DNA of 64,000 nt from the NCBI RefSeq assembly GCF_009914755.1, contig NC_060938.1. One strand, 5' to 3'. The notes beneath the pieces are model-generated. The model saw nothing but the letters and a program-made list of their open reading frames with translations. It did not search any database and had not been told where the DNA came from. Each line of letters opens with the position of its first letter. Positions within the stretch are counted from its first letter, which is position 1. Positions 28,000 to 43,320 of the stretch are shown piece by piece. The DNA comes from the human T2T-CHM13v2.0 reference genome, Homo sapiens. A program made the translations under genes and the position numbers.

Positions 28000-30900
28000 T
28001 CAGAGTAGATTTGTTAAATGAAGTTCATCTTATATCAAAAATTGTCTACTTAATAAACTTATATCTGATTTTGTTAGCATAGACCACTTGCCTAATAGGT
28101 CTTGGTAATAGTTTAGGTTACATGTGATTACTAAATTTCTGAAAAAGGAGGTTATTATTAATCATGTAATTTTAGTGAGAGAAAAACTTTATTTTCCTAA
28201 CAGATAGGAACATATTGTTCTAATCAATATGAGAAGTTTTAATGTTTCAGAATTGCTTGTTTTTGTTTTTCTATAACTTGAACAAAAAATTGAGGAAAAG
28301 AGATTAGCCTAATAACTCCTGCCTTATATGTTGCTGTAATTTCAAATGTGTATGAAACTATTTAAAAATATTTCAAATATCTTTGGACTTGGAAATCATT
28401 AGGTTGCATTTTATTTTTTTCTCTTGAAAAATTACTGCAAAACTAGGTTGTAGCAAGCTAAGTTTCATCATTATTGTCTAGCAAGCTTTATGTGCCAAGT
28501 TATGAACTCCCAGATATTAGAGTTTAAAATAGCAGTGATGCCACTATAATATTAATGATAAATGTATGCCATATGTTTGAAACATTTAAAAATGATCATA
28601 GCCTTAAAGCCAAAAGGAGCTGGAAAATATCAATGGTATAGGAACTGTCCTATTTGGTTCTGAATTATATATAGCAGAGAGAGATAGAGATAAATTGCAT
28701 AATAAATCAAAGTTCACATGGTATATTGTTTATTTTTTAAAAAAAACTACAAAAACTTTCTGTTTATGCAACATGTCAGCTATTTGAAAAAAAGATGAAT
28801 AGTTTCTGATTCAGGTTTGTTTCAAGAATGAATATTTAGCACCCAATGGTATCATACTGAATGTAGGAAAATAATTACAGTGTATGTTTAACCAGGAAGA
28901 ATTCTAGGAAAGCATTGACTTTTTATACTTTGAATGTGCTTTTATTCTCTGATGAATTTGTACCTTTTGTGTCTTTTTGATTTATAAAAGTCAGATGTTT
29001 TAACCTCCCTTTCAAAAACTGTAGCAGCAATATCATTCAGTAGTGTATGTAAGATTATATTAAGTCAATAATTAACAGGAAATGTTTCTTCCTGGTAATT
29101 CTGTTGTATTAAAACATGATGATTGTCAGAGAATTACAAACATTGGGAAATGCTTTTTGATGAATGGACAGAAATTAGTTACAGAATCCACTGGTAACCA
29201 GAACAAAAAAACAGACAGACTTTCCTAATATTTTAATATTCGAAGCAAGTTCCTATGTGAGGAGGTTTCAGAGGTTTGCATATTTTTTGCAGACATGATT
29301 TACTATAGAAATAGTGTGTTATGCTCTCTTTAAAATTTTACAACTAATTGATTTAATTAATAGTCTATAAGCCCTGGAGGACTCTGTCCTCATTTTGGAC
29401 AGTAGTCTCTTCCTTTGCCTTTGAGGTGCAGATGCCGTTTAGCCATCTATGACTTATCCTATACACTGCACATCAGCATGCCCCTAACCAAAAGAATCAC
29501 AGGACTACTGAACTGCTTATACAGGTTTCTAATACAGAACTTGAAAAGCTGCAGTATCTCACATTACAGGTGGAAGAGCCTTGGTACGGTTATCACTGTG
29601 GTAGCTATTTACTTCTAATGTGAGATGCATGTGTGCCAAATAACTTATTCCTGGAATGATTTTGAAAATAGTACCATAGATTATTCATGAATGCATTCAT
29701 TCATTAATTCAACAACATTTATTGCAAAATAATTCCCAAGGAGCTAAGTAAATGTTTGTGTCTGTTGTGCCTCATTTTAACATGTGGGTCCAGTTAGTCC
29801 CCTGCTTCTGCTAACGTCCTGACGTTTTCACTCACGGTCTTGTCTAGTGGGCTCCATCAACTCATTTGTTGCTTACCTGGTCCAGGAGTCTATTAATCTC
29901 CACACCTGATCTTTAGAGATAAGTCAGAGGCTAAATGGAGATTCTTGAAATGAGATAAGGAAATGATTAAAACTTAAAGAGAATAGGAGCAAGGAAGAAA
30001 TTTTAGGATGGAGTGGAGATGAAGAGGGCCTTAGGGACAGCTGGAAGAGCCAGATGGGAGGATGGAGAGCTAGCAGCGATGGCGGGATTTGAAGTGGTGT
30101 GTCAGGGATTCCATGGAGAGAATATGCAAGGGAAACATATGGAATATCATGGTCATAACCATTCACCAGACTCGTTGGTTTCTTCACTGGTCCATTTCAT
30201 GTGACTCGTAGGTTGATATGAAAAAGGAAACAAACATTGAGGAAAAGCATGGTATCTTTGCAGATATTTTAGTATTGTAGATATGTCCTAAGAATACTGT
30301 ATTTTTTTTCTCTGATACTTACGCAAAGATTTTTTTATATCCAGGAACCAATGAAAAACTGTAATTCAGTTGATGTGTTTGAAAAATATTGATTGACATA
30401 ATTTAAAATGTAGATGGTAAAGGCAAAATACTTGTATAAGGTTATACCAAAAATGTTTTTGACAAAGTTTTTGTTGTACTTTTCTAGAATTTGAAGGGTT
30501 TTCATAAAGTGAAATACCTATTCTGTGGATTTTTAGAACGGGCAGAGTTGCTATTCTGTCCTTTCCTGAAAATGTTACCATTAAAAAAATTTGTACAAAA
30601 TTATTCTCCATTTCCTCAATGTTATATTGACCAAATAAAAACTGAAATTTGTGCAGAGAATTTTTTTAGGAAGCATACCTACTTGTTTCAAAAGGAAACA
30701 AAATAAAATGGAAGCGGTGTTTAAATGATTTTTATTCATAGTGTTAAAATGGTTATAGGAAAAATTCACATTTTTCCTTAACACATTGTAACAAGCAATT
30801 AACTTTTTGGCATAGTGATAAATCTGCTTCTCTAAGAAGGTGTTTTGTGTTTTAATAAGTGGCAATACATGCTGGTATGTTCATTTTTATTGAATAGTTG

Positions 30901-32290
30901 AGTGGAAAAAGTAAATTTAATTCATAAGGTTGCCTTGGGCTTATTGAGATTTTACATACAACATCCCAATGGGATGACATCATATTCAATAGAGTATTAT
31001 TTTTAAAAAAATCATTAGCAACAAACCATCTTAAAGTATCCTAGTATTTGTAAAACGTTATCATTTTTTATCTACTCAGTCTCCTAAAATAAAATCATAA
31101 ATTCTTTAGTAATGTTGAATCAATAGTATTTGAGTCTGGTTTTAAAACAACAACAACAAAAAAAATCAAAAGTTACTTATCCAGAGGCAGGAATTTAAAA
31201 ATGCTTGCTATCATTTGTATATCCATGTATTTATAAATTTTCTTGTTCATCCATTCAATTTTATTACATACCTGTTCTATTTTAAGAGGAAATAGATAGG
31301 TCTTAAGATTATCCATCTAGAAATATATAAACATAGTTGTGATTTATACACTATTAGTGAAGTCAAATACTGCCTGCTTAGCAAATTATGCCAGAGAACA
31401 ACCAAAAAAACTAGCTATATAAGTTTTCAAAAAATAATTTTTATTGTGGTAAAGATACATAACATAAAATTAGCCATTTAACCTTTTTATGTATACAGTG
31501 GCAATAACTACATTCACAGTGTTGTGCAGCCATCACCACTATTTTCAAAAGTTTTCATGACTCCCAAACAAACTCTGTACCCATTAAACAATAGCCCCTC
31601 CCTGCTTATCCCTCCTTTCCCTACCCTCTGGTAACTTCTAATCTACTTTTTCTCTCTATGAATGTGCCTGTTCTAGTTATTTCACATAAGTGGGCTCATA
31701 AAATATTTGTCCTTTTGTATTTGGCATGTTTCACTTAGCATGAATTACTTATTTCTTACGTGTTGTAGCATGTATCAAAAATTCATTCCTTTATGTGGCT
31801 GAATAATATTCTACTGTACGTAAATGCCACATTTGTTTATCTATTTATCTGTTGATGGACACTTGGGTTCTTTCCACCTTTTGGCTATTTTGAATAATAC
31901 TGCATGAATGTTGGCGTACAAATATCTCCTTGAGTCTCTGATTTCCATTATTTTGAAGATATACCTGGGAGTGGAATTACTGGGTCAAATGGTAATTCTG
32001 TGCTGAAGTTTTTGAAGAACCACAAAATTATTTTTCATAGGAGTTGTGTTATTTTATATTTCTACCAGCAATGTATGGGGGTTTCAGTTTCTCCATATCC
32101 TTGCCAAGACTTGTTATTTTTCTTTTTTCTTTTAAATCATAGCCATCCTAATGGGTGTGAAGTGAGATCTAATTCTGGTTTGCATTTCCTTAATGACTAA
32201 TGATACTTAGCATCTTTTTCATGGGCTTACTGGCTATTTGTATATCTCCTTTGTAGAAGTGTCTATCCAGATTCTTTATTTTTTAATTAG

Positions 32291-32592
<302 letters not shown>

Positions 32593-33234
32593 TATCTTTT
32601 TATTATTTAGTTTTAGTTCCTTATATATGCTCAATATTATAGTCTTATCTAATATGTGATTTGCAAATATTTTCTCCCATTCTGTATGTTGTCCTTTCAT
32701 TTTCATGATAGCATCCTATAATGTAAAAAAAAAGATTTACATATTAATGATGTTCAATTTATCTTTTGTTTGCATCTGTTGCTCATACTTTTGTTGTCAT
32801 ATCCAAGAATCCACTGCCAAATCCAAGGTCCTAAAGATTTCCCCTGTTTTTCTTTTAAGAATTTTATAGTTTTAGCATTGATCCATTTTACATTCAATTT
32901 TGTAATTGCTATGACGTAGAGGTCCAACTTCATTGTTTTGCATGTGGAAATTCAGTTGCTCCAGCACAGTTTGTTAAAGAAACTAGTCTTTCTCTATTGA
33001 GTGGACTTGTACCCTTGTTGAAAATCAATTGACCATAGATGTATGGGTTTATTTCTGAACTTTCAGTTCTAATCCATTGGTCTATATGTCTATCCTTATG
33101 CAAATGCTACAATGTTATGATGATTGTACCTTTGGTGTAAGTTTCAAAATCAGGATGTGCAACTCCTTCAAATGTGTTCTTTTTCAAGACTGCTTTGGCT
33201 ATTGGGAGCCCCTTACACTTCCATATGAATTTGA

Positions 33235-33597
<363 letters not shown>

Positions 33598-34619
33598 GAA
33601 GTGAATCTTTACATTGCTTTGGGTAGTACTGATATCTTAACGATATTAAGCCTTCTAATTCATGAACATGGAATGTCTTTCCATTTATTTTTAATAATAT
33701 AAATTTCTCAGGAATTTGAATTTGACTTCTTTCAGCAATATTTTATAGTTTTCAATGTACAAGTATGTACTTGGCTAAATTTATTTCTAGGTATTCTTTT
33801 AGATGCTGTTATAAATGGAATTGCTTTATTTTCCTTTTTTGCAGTGTTCATTCCCAGTCTAGAGAAATGCAACTGATTTTTTGTCTGTAGATCTTGTAAC
33901 CCTGAACTTTGCTGAATTAATTTAGATGCTCTAGTAGTTTTCTTATGGATTCTTTGGGATTTTCTATATAGGATCATGTCATCTGTGAACAAAGATAGTT
34001 TTACTCCTTTCCTTCCAATTTGATATATTGTATTCTTTTTCTTTTCAAACTGATCTATCAGTAACTTCCAGTACAATGTTGAATAGCATTGGTAAAAGTA
34101 GGCATACTGTCTTGTTTCTCATGTTAGGAGAAAGCTTTCAGTCTTCCCATTGAGTGTGATGCTAGCTGCACATTTTTTGCAAATGTCTTTTTTCGTGTTG
34201 TAGAAAATCCTTTTTTAGTCCAGTTTATCTGAATTTTTAAATAATGATGTTTACTTTTGTCAAATACCTTTTTTAAAAAAAAATCAGTTAACTTGATCAC
34301 GTGTGTTTTTTTTCCCTTTGCTCTCCCAATGTGGTGTATTACATTTTTGAAGCACCTTTAAATTACTGGGATAAATCCTACTTGGTCTAATTATGTTAAT
34401 ATGATGTTGGAGTTGGTTTGCTAGAGGAAGCTATATGAGTCTTGTATATTGCTAGACTACCATTCAAGATTGTTTTGGATGCCTCCTTTGGCAAGGCTTT
34501 TCTCTATGAGAAATGACAAAACATTTGAGTCTGAACTATTTGAGTGCATCAAAATATTTGTGTACTTAAATTTTTAGAACTAGTCTCTAAGGAAAACAAA
34601 AACAATTTTATCTATAATG

Positions 34620-34835
34620 TTAGAGATACTTAAGGAGTTTCTACTAGGTGTTAGGTGATGGGCTAAGTGTTTTTACTATGTTATTTCATTTAAAAAGTAA
34701 CAACTGTTAATAAATAAAAGGCAACAACTCATATTATCCTCATTTTACAAATGAGGATATGGAAGCTTAGAGCTAGTAAATTGTAAAGCAAGGGGTTTTA
34801 GTCCCTTTCTTCTTGACTTCAGCCTCTTACTCCTA
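34620..34835 (-). mobile_element. MIR SINE
   Basis: attatcctcattttacaaatgagga core. Confidence 0.7.
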
Positions 34836-35560
34836 AATCTATATTATTATGTCTGATCTGAATCATAAGTCTGTTTACAACACTGCAAAGGAGGAATAAT
34901 AGTGGCTACAACTAAAGAATACCATACGATGGGGTCATTTTTATATTTTTACATTCCCCAATTCAGAACTCTTGAAACACAGTAAAGAGTGGAGGAATGG
35001 ATGGGAAAAATATTAAAGGAAATCCAAGAAGGGCATGAAGAAAATCTTTTAAATTCTAAATGCACATGAATCAGTCTTTGTCATTTCTAAATATCTGAGG
35101 CATTTTAGAGGTCACCAAGATTTTTCAGAAAAACAACGTGATTCTTCTATGTAAATATTATGATAGAACAGGTGTGTTGGCTAGCGATAAGATATTCTGC
35201 CAAGCAACAAATAATTGCACATGAATCCCAGGAAGATGTTTGCCCTCGGGTATATTTGAATGTAATTTTTAAAATGGCATTCTATTTTTTCTCAGCATCA
35301 GAAATAGCTGCATATCCCTATTTTGAATGGTAAGGATGACACTATTTTAACCCAATATATTTTATTTTTAATGTTCTAAAATGTTACTGTGAAATGTGTC
35401 TTAAGATACCTCCTTTCCTACCCCAACTCTCGTACCTGGCTAAAGCCTTAAATTTTTTTGTTTTTTATTTTTCTTATCGTATCTCCATTAAGAAGTCTTC
35501 TCAGGTTTTCCAAGCCTTGGTTCGCCACTTCTGAATTCTCCCATAGCATCCTATACTTAC

Positions 35561-35588
35561 CTGTCTGTGGCACTATCACTGCACCATT
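35561..35588 (-). other. Candidate 28-nt micro-exon
   Basis: Minus strand reads tgctttccttcttctcttatttaaacag|AATGGTGCAGTGATAGTGCCACAGACAG|gtaagta. Confidence 0.35.
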
Positions 35589-35743
35589 CTGTTTAAATAA
35601 GAGAAGAAGGAAAGCATCATTTTACCCGAGATTTGCGTTTTTTATTAGCAATGTGGTTAATCCTTGTAGTTAATAAGAAAGCACATGTTCTTAATGTTGC
35701 AAATAATCGTTCATGATTTAATACTTAAGTAAAAGACAGGGTA

Positions 35744-36600
<857 letters not shown>

Positions 36601-37899
36601 AGATTGTATGGGTTCAAATATGAAGAACAGGCATAAAACTGGGAAAGGGACTGTCTCAATTTTGCATAGTGAGATAGTGGGACAATGAGTCCCTCCCATG
36701 TGATAATTTACTGTCTTTTGGTTCAGGGAGAATTTTGCTGTGATTTCATATCTGTGCAGTATAACTGGAAGAAATTGTTAATGTAATTTCAAATATTATC
36801 TTTGAAAAATTTAGTAGTTGGGTAGATGATGCCCCATAATGCTTTTATGTTACCTAATTGGTAACTTGTTAACATTTTTATTTAATATCAGTGAAGAAAA
36901 AATTAAAATTAAATGGCTGCTATAAAATGTGATTAGTAATTCAAGTGACAAAAGTGGAATGTCTCTCATCTGGGCTCATGCATATTTTTCTCCAGCTTCC
37001 TCCTTAGCAATATGCCCCTTCCTACTTTCTGTCAGCCAGTTTTTACTGCATGTAAATAAATGCATGTAAATGGCAAGCAAACAACCCTTTAGAAATGCTT
37101 TTCTGTCTGAAACCACTGCTTTCCACATATTTTGACAGATACACAGACAGTAAGGTGTACAGTGCTTTTCACTTTTCTCCTTGTTTCTCCGTGGTTCTTT
37201 GCTGGCTACCCCACATATATATGATTTTTTCTCCAAGTATTATAGTATAGTACATTATTTAATGACAGGATCTTTCTTTTTGAAATCTTCCTCCTTCCCC
37301 TAGATACCAGGCTGTATGCAGAGCAGTCAATAGGTAATCAATAAATGATTGACGAGTGAAAAATCAATTGAATGAATAAACCATATGGAATCTTTTAAAG
37401 AAGATGGCAATTGTGTGTTAGGTATATATTTTAAATGTATGGCCTGTGCATTTAAATGTAATAGTTTAATATTAAAAATGCATTTTATATTTTTTTCTGG
37501 ATGTTCAACAAACATAGTAGTATGAAATACATAAGTAGTTTGGAATTTTGAACGCTTTTCTCCATGGCACCTCTCTATTGCCTTTGTTTTCTATTGTATT
37601 TCTTCAGTTATGTCAAATTAAGCAATATCTCATAGCATAATTTATTTTATAGGTGGTTTAAATAAAGTGCATTATTTTAACCCCTAAAACAAACTTAAAG
37701 GTTGTAACAAATAAAACAAGTGCAGCAGTAAAATGCGTGAAAGTATAGTTGTATTACTTGATAATAATTACCATTTGCTAGTACAATTTTATTATTATAA
37801 TCACATTTATTTTTCTTGCCTTTAAATTTGACTCTGTCAAGGGTGTGATTATTGTCAACATATTTTTTCACTCTAGGTTCCAAATTTTTTCCTTTATAC

Positions 37900-39300
<1,401 letters not shown>

Positions 39301-39379
39301 GTGCCAGTTTATACCGTAGTCAGGAACGAAGTCAAACACGCACTTTGAGCTTTCTGTGATTGGTCCTTGAATAGGGAGG

Positions 39380-40130
39380 GGCACGATGCCACAGAGCCTC
39401 TTGGGAGAACACAGGATGCAGACTCCAGAGAAAGCGACTGCTAAGGGGAGATTTTAAGGATAGGCAGGTCTTATTTTGGAAAGGGGGAAGCGGCAGAGGG
39501 AGATGATGCTAGCAGGAGAGGCCCTGGAGAGGAGAGTGAGAGAAGGGCTGACCAATCTCCTTAGGTGTGCCTGGAGTATCAGTTCAAGGAGCGTAATGGA
39601 GAAGGGAGCAGGAGCTGGTTCATACGAGGCCTTTACAACATGTTGATGAGTTTGGAGCTTATGGTAAAGGCAATGGGAAGCCATACAAGTTTCTGAGTAG
39701 GAGAGAGACTTGGGAAGGGTACACTGTAGACAGATCTCTCTGATTACAGTGAAGAGAAAGGATTAGAGCGGGGCCAGTGAAATGGGGTGACAAAGGAGTT
39801 AGGGGGTTATTGCAGTAGTTCAGAAAAGATGATAGTGGCTGAGAGTAGGTAGTAGCACAGATGGAAAGAAATTGGGTTCTAGAAATTCTTAGGAGGGATA
39901 AGAGAACCTGTAAGTAACTGGATATCTGAGATTGTTAGGGGAAGAAGAAATACAGGATGCTGCCCGGTGTTCTGATGTGGACAGTGGGTGGTGCCATTTA
40001 ACAAGGATAGGCACCAGTGGGGAGAGTCAAGCTTTCTCAGGAAGATGGAGATCTGTTTGGTGCTTCACGTTCCTGTGTAACATGAACATAGGGAAGGCCA
40101 ATAGGCAGCCTGAAACCTAGAAGAAAGTCT
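39380..40130 (-). mobile_element. L2 fragment
   Basis: aggcaatgggaagccat...gttattgcagtagttcag...gatagtggct pattern. Confidence 0.65.
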
Positions 40131-40159
40131 TATCTGCCTATCTTCTTTTTTTAAATCAT

Positions 40160-40244
40160 GTCTTATTCATCCTCAAATGTCTTGTGACTGTTATCCAGTT
40201 GGCTTTAAGAACTCTTTCAGTGAATGAATGAATGAATGAATGAA
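40160..40244 (+). mobile_element. L2 3' terminus with (TGAA)n tail
   Basis: tcttattcatc...tgaatgaatgaatgaatgaatgaa. Confidence 0.65.
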
Positions 40245-42011
40245 ACAGGAATACTCCCTGGGGTGATCCAATCCTCTCCACTCTTGCCCACAAAGGGCTT
40301 ATTTGGATCATTTAGCCAATCAAGATTATCCTGCTAGCCTTTTCAGGATTCTTATCGTGAATGCTTCTAGTACAGTGGAAGAACCAGAAACAAAAGTACA
40401 TTCTAGAATACAGAAAAAAATGTAAGGACCATTTTCCTCCTCAGTATGAATACCTATTTTCTTATCCCATATTTGTGGCGTTATCTGCCTTTTTTCTCCT
40501 TGAGAGTCAGGATGTTTGTGATTTTAATGAAGGTTTCACATAGAGAGCCAGATCCTATTTTGTGTTATCCATGCTAATGTTCAGATAATGAAAAATGGCT
40601 ATAGTTTTAAAGTCTAAGTAGTTCAAATTTCTGCAGGGTACACTTACCACATAATGAGAAACCGAATCATGCTTTCCAAAGTGGATCCTATCAAATATCA
40701 TTTCCTCCTATATTTATATTCAGTTTGGAGTTAATCTGGCATTATCCCTAGGTATTATATAGGAATGGTGGTAAGGATTCTTGTTATTCTTGCAAAATAG
40801 TGTTGCCTAAAATTTAGCTAATGTGTTCTTGAATGAATGGAGAATTTCTTGGAAAATCACAGGAACACACACACACAGACTCCTTACACTCACTCTCATG
40901 TAAGGAGTTTAGTGGACCTTATTGTAATACTGGCCAAGGAAAATCTTCAGAAGAGAGCCACTCGGGAACTGAAGATGTTCTTTTTGGTTCCTTTGGCAGT
41001 AAGGGAACCTGTGAGTCAAGGTTAAGACTTTGAGAGCTAAATAATACAACTGACTAGGCTTTTTTTCCCCTACCAGTAAGCAATCCCCAAGGTCACGGAC
41101 TCTTGTCTTCAAAAATTCTAGAGACCTGAAGTGATTAAGAATTGAACTTTCTTCTGTTTATCATATACCACAAGGGAAGAAATCAAGTGAATCTGAGCTC
41201 TGATGAGAAATGCTTGGGTCTCAGTCAAGGTAGTTGCAATCAGAATATAATTCAAGATGCTGGGTTAGGAGATCACTGATTTCTGCAAAAAGACAAGTAG
41301 ACTCCCCCCCACCCACAAGTCACTCTTGATCTTCATTTTTAACTTTGCTTTGCAAATTAAGCCTTTAAAAAAGCATCCTTGATTGAGGTGAACCATGCAT
41401 ACTTTTAAGTTACATTTTGTTTAACTCTATCTCTGCAGTATAAGTACACTCTGGTTGTGCCTGTGCACTTGGAGACCTGTTTGGTTGAAAATACTGAAAT
41501 AATTTTGTAAAACATTATCTTATAGTGTTGAGGGCTGTAATGATTTTATTGTAGAGATGGTCTGGTCACCAACAGTGAAATAATACAACTTAAGTATTTT
41601 TTAAAGTGTATCTTTTTGCATAGATACACTCAATTATCGTCTCTGTGCTGGTGACTCAATTATTTTACCCTGCCACCAGATTTCATTTCTGAGCTTTAGT
41701 TTGAATATCCAAATGATCTCCTGACATCAGGACCACTGCCATGTCATGATGATAGCTCAAGTTCTGCCAGTTTCAATCTGAACGCATGATTTTCCCTCGA
41801 GCCTGATCTACCTCCAGTGTTTTCTGTCTCAGTGCATGGTATCACCGCTTGTTCAGCTGTATAATCAGAAACCCTGGATAGGGCTGTATCCTTGCTACTG
41901 TTCACTCCCTTATCCCACACCTAATTCATCAGCAAGCCTTGTTGAATTTTTTTGTTTAGTGTGTCCAGAATCTGTCTCCTGTTCTGCAACTCCCCTGAGA
42001 TCACTCTAGTG

Positions 42012-42221
42012 CAGTGTTTCCCAGCTAGGGATGGTTTTGTCCCTAGGGAATATTTAGTCATCTCTGGAGCCATTTTTGGCTGCTACAACTGGGGAATTGC
42101 TACTGGCATCTAGTGGGTAGAAGCCTGGCATGCTGCTAAACATCCTCCAATACACAGAAATGCTCCCACAACAGAGTTAAACAGCCTAATATGTCAATTG
42201 AGACAAGGTTGAGAACTCCTG
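42012..42221 (+). mobile_element. MER20 (hAT-Charlie MITE)
   Basis: cagtgtttccc...gctactggcatctagtgggtaga...ggttgagaactcctg; 8-bp TSD ctctagtg / ctctagtc. Confidence 0.9.
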
Positions 42222-42754
42222 CTCTAGTCTAAACCAGCATCCTGGATTTCCTTATTCCTGAATTACCACAACACCCTTTGAACTGGTCTTCCTCCACCTA
42301 GTACTTAAACAATGCAAATCCACCTTCTGTGCCCTTTGGGGCTTCTTACTACTATTAGAATAAAGAGCATCCTTTCTCAGAATGGTCTGTAAGGCCTTAT
42401 AGGGTCTTGCCTGTGGCCACTTTTCCAATGTCAATCAATCTTGTTGCTTTCTGACTTTCTCCATTCCACAGCTGTATTGGCTTAGTTCTCATCTTTGTCT
42501 GTACCTTGTTCTTCATGCCCATGGGGTTTCATGCACACTACCCTCACCTGAAATGCTCTTCTCCACACCTTTATGTAGGTAATTTCTCTTGATCATTCTT
42601 TAGTTGTAACTGGAAGATTATTGTGCATGAGGAGTGCTTTTTGAACCCTGCTCCAGAGTAATCTTCTAATGCAAATTCTGATAGCTCTGGACTTAAAAAA
42701 ATTATGTAGGTTTGTTGTATACTTGTTTCCCTTTTTAAAAATTCAGATAATTCT

Positions 42755-42910
42755 GCCAGGTCTGGTGATGCCTGCCTGTAGTCCCAGCTACTCAGGAAGC
42801 TGAGACAGGTTGATTGTTGAAGCCCGGAGTTTGAGACTATAGTGTGCAGTGATGGCACCTGTGAATAGCCACTGCACTGCAACCTGGGCAACATAGTGAG
42901 AACCTGTCTA
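42755..42910 (+). mobile_element. FAM (fossil Alu monomer, 7SL-derived)
   Basis: Monomer carrying the 7SL-type cctgtgaatagccactgcactgcaacctgggcaacatagtgaga. Confidence 0.8.
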
Positions 42911-43169
42911 AGGGAAGGAATGAATATTTTAAAATAATTTTAATTAGTATTTATTAAATTAAGAGATTATTAAATTAATATCTATTAAATATTTATGCTG
43001 GGCAGTTTTCTAGGTGCTTTATATATTTTTAATCATCACGGCAACTATATATGATGGATGTTGTTACTTCTTCTTGTTACCTTATTTAGTAGAATCTAAG
43101 ATATATTTTCTCTAACATCTCTGAAATTAGGATGCCTTACTTTCAATTGCATCTTAAATTTGGCAGAAC

Positions 43170-43320
43170 ATGATATTAATTCCATTTTGCAAATGGAAAA
43201 GCTGAAGCACAGAGAGGTTAAGTAACTTGCCTATGATTACATAGCTAACCAAGTGATGGTGTGAGGACTGAAATCCAGGCAGTCTGATGCCATGGACCAT
43301 ATCAATTCCAATTCAGTGCC
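43170..43320 (-). mobile_element. MIR core
   Basis: ccattttgcaaatggaaaagctgaagcacagagaggttaagtaacttgcc. Confidence 0.85.

Noticed and set aside
42755-42910. Possible 7SL RNA gene
   Set aside because: It lacks the S domain and is diverged; it fits a FAM monomer.
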